The notes beneath the pieces were generated by a model. It made no database searches. It was not told where the DNA came from and saw only the letters and a list, made by a program, of their open reading frames with translations. From assembly GCF_009914755.1 (NCBI RefSeq), contig NC_060926.1: a stretch of 64,000 bases of DNA; one strand, written 5' to 3'. The position numbers were made by a program, and so were the translations under genes. This stretch comes from the human T2T-CHM13v2.0 reference genome, Homo sapiens. Below, piece by piece: positions 58,491 through 64,000 of this stretch. Each line of letters starts with the position of its first letter. Position 1 is the first letter of the stretch.

Positions 58491-60179
58491 ATAGGTAATA
58501 CATCCTGAATTCTGACAAGCAGATCGTTCTTCAAATACTGCTTTCGTTCCTGGTTCAACAATTTACTTGTTAGCTTTCTAAGGTTTAAATTCCTCACCAG
58601 TAGTTTTAGTAGCCTTGATAATCTTGTCTGTCTCACTTTTTAAGGTTCTCTCCAGCCACCATCTTGCCTGTCCTTCAAGTCTTGGTATCTTCACAGAACG
58701 TCTTCAAGCATTTTCTATTTACTATATTTGTTTTTTTTCACACATTCTGAAATCCTCCTAGTCAATGTCATGAGACTACTCTTGAACTTTGTGAGTTCCA
58801 CTATCACTTGGGGCATGCAGGTCTTCTCTCTCCAACAGGTAAGAGGGGTCTTTGAAACACCCGGCATAGTGCCCAGCTCAAGGTATTCCAGGTGTTTGGT
58901 GCTTAAAGCCACATTTTAGGCTGTTTATGGCAACTCTTCGTCTGAGGCTTGAATCTCTTGTATCAAGTGGTTAATCAAAGTTCAGCACTCTCATCAACAT
59001 TGGTGGAAACCTTCAACCTTCTGAGCATACATCTTCCACCTCCAGCTTTGGAGAAGTTGGACCTGAGACATTTTTTCATTTTGAGCAAAGATCATTTTTC
59101 CCTCTAACTTCCAGTTGTCAGTCTAGGAGTCTGCTAAGTCTTCATAGAACATATTTCATAAATACCTGCTATAAAAACATCCCTTTGTTTCTCATAAGCC
59201 TCATTAAACTTACTCTTCTGATGTGTTTATGGGACTTCTGGCTGTTGTAAGTCTGATTAGAAAGGAGAGGATTGTTTGATATGAAATAAAGTATCCAAGT
59301 GAAATGTTGTCTTTTTACTTTTTTGAGAAATATCTAGTGGATATTTCAGAGGATTTAAAATAGCTCTTATGTTTCCCTACCCTTAGCATATTAACTACCA
59401 CAACAAAAAGATTTGGAAAATGTCCATTTTGATGCATTTCCATTTGATAATACATTCACAGTGAACATTCTAAAATGCTTTGTGATTGCCAGATGACAGG
59501 CCCACACTGTCAACCTAAGTTCTGTAAGAGCCAAATTGATAACATTGAAACAGTTGACACTGTACATTATGATTTTAATCTGCCAAACCATCTCACACTG
59601 ACTCCTAAAATTAAAAATAAATATCACACCTATGGCAATTTTCACTTGAGCTGATTCTTTTTTATTATTTTTATCTTCTTCTGAAACTTTCATTCAGAAA
59701 CCTGAAGTGAATACATTTGTTTAATCAAGTCTATGCCTGATAGCCTAATCCCAATTCTCCTCCTAATAGCGAAAGGAGGAATCATTGAAACAAAATGGTT
59801 TGGGCAGTAATTCAGGTGCCATCCTTCATGTACAGAAATGTGTTATCAGCGGGATGCTTGCTTTACATCTGTCCTCTGCAGCAGAGGCGGATCATGGCAA
59901 GGCAGCATGGCAGCATATCTCCTCTCTGGCTCCTCCTGTGATCAGTGTGTATTTAAGGGACAGTTAATTGATTAGAGATACACCAGACAATGGAATCTTC
60001 TTTGTTCTTGAGTTTCAAGTACATAGATTCCCAAGGGTGTAGAAATATGTTGGTTCACTTCCTCTTCACCAGGTTGGCAAGGGAGGGAGTCTCACCCTAG
60101 GGTTCTAGGGGTGACTGAACGTCCTAGACTAGGGAAGTCTGCTCTTGTAGATTCTTATAGGACCATGCAATGTTTCTGC

Positions 60180-60370
60180 ATGTGATGTCTCATAGCTGTT
60201 AATTTTAATTTTTTTGTGGTTATTTTATTCATTTCTGGCTCCCCTATCAGCAAACTGGGCACAGGCACCATGTGTGTGTGGCTTTGCTCCCTCTTGAGTT
60301 GCAGTCTCTCTGACAGTACCTAGTGCCCGATATAAGGTTGGTAGGCAATGAGTATTTGTTGAATCATTGA
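60180..60370 (+). mobile_element. L2 3' fragment
   Basis: GGTAGGCAATGAGTATTTGTTGAAT terminus with degenerate L2 3' UTR upstream. Confidence 0.5.
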
Positions 60371-60698
60371 AGGCATCCACTCAGTATTACAACTAATGTT
60401 TCATTCCAATCTTTCTCATATCTTCCTCTTCCCAGAATTGCTGTCTGATTCACCCTCTGAGTGTGTCTTGACTCATGTTGACAGTAGCCTCCAGAAGGAG
60501 AATCCTTCCACCTTGGCCTTGTCCCATATGCTGCTGCCAGACTCATCTTCTCCAAACTGTTTTGATCATATTGCTCTCCAGGACAATCTGGCCAATGCTT
60601 CACCCCTACAGGTCCCTGGTGCTTCCCTCGTTCTTTGATTCCTCCTGTAGGCAAGGCCTGCCCTATTTCTCAGCAATCCAACCTGCAATCCACTAAAT

Positions 60699-61014
<316 letters not shown>

Positions 61015-61329
61015 TAGTCCACTAAATAAATGTAAAAAGCAACTATGTGTCAGGGACGATGGGATAAAAGGGTGATCGTGACGTAGGCCCTTCCACAGAC
61101 TGGATCATAGTTCAGGACAGTGGGGGGCAGACCTAGAGCAAATACTGCAATGTGACGTGAGTTCTATTCCAGAAGCACTACCAGTGCTGCAAGAGTCCCA
61201 GTGAGTGAGGTCGGAGAGCAGCTTCAGTAGCTCCTGCTCATATGTGGGGGCCATCTCTGCACTGTCCCACCCTGGCATTGACCTACAGTCACATATACTG
61301 AGTTTCCTGTCCTTGATTTTTAGTACCTC

Positions 61330-61726
61330 TTTATTAGTCCACTCCAGCCACCATAACAAAGTGCTGCAGACTTGGGGGCTTAAAGAATAAAACTATTTTC
61401 TCACAGTTCTGGAGGCTGAAAAGTCCCAGATTGGGGTGTCAGAAAATCTGGTTTCTGGTGACAGCTTTCTTCTGGCCTTTCAAACAGCCATTTTCTTGCT
61501 ATGTCCTCATATGGACTTTACTTTCTGCATGAGTTCACAGAAATAGAATTCTGGTGTCTCTTAATCGTCTTAGAAGGACACGAGTCCTACTAAGTTAAGG
61601 CCCCACCCTAATTACCTCATTTTGCCCGTATTACCTTTTTATAAGCCCTGTCCCTAAATGCAGGCATATTGGAGGTTAGGGCTTCAACATATGAATTCCA
61701 AGAGGGGTATAATTTAGTCTATAACA
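61330..61726 (-). mobile_element. MLT1A0-like MaLR LTR
   Basis: TTTTCTCACAGTTCTGGAGGCTG, GGAGGTTAGGGCTTCAACATATGAATT, terminal AGTCTATAACA. Confidence 0.85.
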
Positions 61727-61793
61727 ATCCAAGTGTAAGGCACCTGCTATATGAATCAGCTCTGACTGCCTGCAAGTTAGTATCCCCATCTAA

Positions 61794-62269
<476 letters not shown>

Positions 62270-63643
62270 TGAATAATGTTTTTAAGCCTCACTTTTCTCA
62301 CAGTAATACTAGATTGCCAATCTCTCAGGCATGTTGGGGGGATTGCCTTCAATAACATATGCAAAGCGCTAGAATGTGTTCAAACATGTACTTAGCTCCG
62401 CTCAAGAGTTGGTTCTCCACTCGAATCCTGCCCTTGCTACTCTTATTTATCAGCTAAGCTTTTGGAGGACAATACTTATGCTTTCTCCTATCCCTCTATC
62501 TTTCTAATAAAGACTCCTGTCCCAAAGGCAGATAGATGGAATGCCTGACTGAAGGCAAAGTGGGATGAGAGAGGAGAGAGAACAAATCCAAACAGCAAAA
62601 AGGAGCAGCCTACAGGGAAGCCCCTATTGTCCAGAAAATGCTACAGAGAGTCTCTGTTTGGTCTTTGCAGCCAAGAACGCTAAAAAAACTTCTAACCGAC
62701 AATAAACCATTCCCACTGGCAGAATACAATTTTGTTTGTTGTTACACTAGTCATTCATGAGGAATATCTTTGCTTTGTTCTGGGTCATTTACCTTGAGTT
62801 GGAAAGATGCGAAATGAATTAGCCCAGAGGCCAGGAGTGGGGAGATATGATTTGTATTAATATTTTTTGAGATATGATGTTGGTATGCAACCATAATAAG
62901 CAGCACATTGAAAAGTTAATTCAGCAGCAGTAATTCTGAGAAGTAATGCAACTTATTTGTCACTAAGGAGGACTGCATAGCCAAGTGATTTCTTTATGCA
63001 TTTTAAAGTGTTTTTAAACCCTTGGGTAGCTATAGTCAATTTTTAAACATGTTTCCTCATTAATTTTGAATTTGTAAATGTACATTGTACAGGAGTGTTT
63101 TAATCATCTGGGGAGGCTGCTTCACAGATGGCTCTTGTGTGACCTAAAATTTCAATGATTGTAATGAATCAGAATGGATGATGGTAAACTTGCTTGGAGA
63201 TTTGCTGATTGTCAACAGTTTTACAGTTTTACTACTGTTCTTGAAAGTTTCGTGCTTCTTCAAAATGAAAGGAAAGCAATTGTAATGGGACCGTCAGGAC
63301 CAGGAGTTGCCTAAATGAAATAATTTCAGTCAGTTCCTTACTATTCTCTGTGGAATTCTTTTCAGTAAAATACACCAACAGAATGATTGATCATGTTGAA
63401 TCTAACACATGTGTAGAGAGTGAGTCATCGGCTCTCCAGGCCTACACGTGACAGGCCATTTCATGCCTCTCTGTGATACTATATGCAGTCCTAATTAAAA
63501 TATGAGAAAATCTAACAAGAAATGCTCTAGTGAATTACTTATGCCAATGTTCTCCTTCTGTGGCACCAGAAGTTGAGAATTGCCTAGGCAAAGGGTTTAT
63601 CAGGTACATAAAGCTTTACCTATCACTGTTAAAGACTTAACTT

Positions 63644-63947
63644 GGCTGAGTGCAGTAGCTCACACGTATAATCTCAACACTTTGAGAGGCTGTGGCAGAA
63701 GGATTGCTTGAGACCAGGAGTTCGAGACCAGCCTGGGCAACATAGTGAGACCCCATCTCTACAAAGAATAACAACAACAGCAACAAAAATAGCCAGGCAT
63801 GGTTGGCGCATGGCTGTGGTCCCAGCTATTTGGGAGGCTGAGGATCTCTTGAGCCTAGGAGGTGGAGGCTGCAGTGAGCCATGATCGATCATGCCACTGC
63901 ACTCCACCTTGGGCAACAGAGGGAGATCTTGTCTCAAAAAAAAAAAA
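63644..63947 (+). mobile_element. AluJ-like
   Basis: GGATTGCTTGAG..CAGGAGTTCGAGACCAGCCTGGGCAACATAGTGAGACCCC; imperfect TSD AAAGA(C/T)T(T/G)AACTT. Confidence 0.92.
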
Positions 63948-64000
63948 GATTGAACTTAAAATGCATCTAGAAACCAGAATTATAATAGACAAATCCATTT

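Overview
This is primate (human-like) AT-rich non-coding genomic DNA, either intergenic or deep in an intron. I found no supportable host protein-coding exon, tRNA, rRNA, snRNA or CRISPR array, and I cannot name the locus. Interspersed repeats dominate. The largest is a full-length but disabled L1PA3/4-type LINE-1 (51202-57356, minus strand, 17-bp TSD, 129-bp ZNF93 segment retained). Others include about 15 Alu/FLAM copies, an old L1MA nested in an MLT1 LTR, an MLT2/HERV-L remnant with a dUTPase fossil, several MaLR LTRs, hAT MITEs, MIR/L2/L3 relics and tandem repeats. Main findings: (1) an intact L1 ORF0 that reads out of the element into unique flanking DNA (170 aa); (2) an ancient L1 with both a twin-priming inversion and an apparent 3' transduction; (3) a fold-back insertion in an Alu that appears copied from 2 kb upstream; (4) a MER53 hairpin with mirrored substitutions in both arms; (5) a minisatellite built from 28-bp palindromes; (6) candidate enhancers with MEIS-HOX composite, RFX, CTCF and ARE motifs. 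I see no convincing wholly new biological system. Repeat subfamily names come from recalled consensus features and need RepeatMasker/Dfam confirmation.
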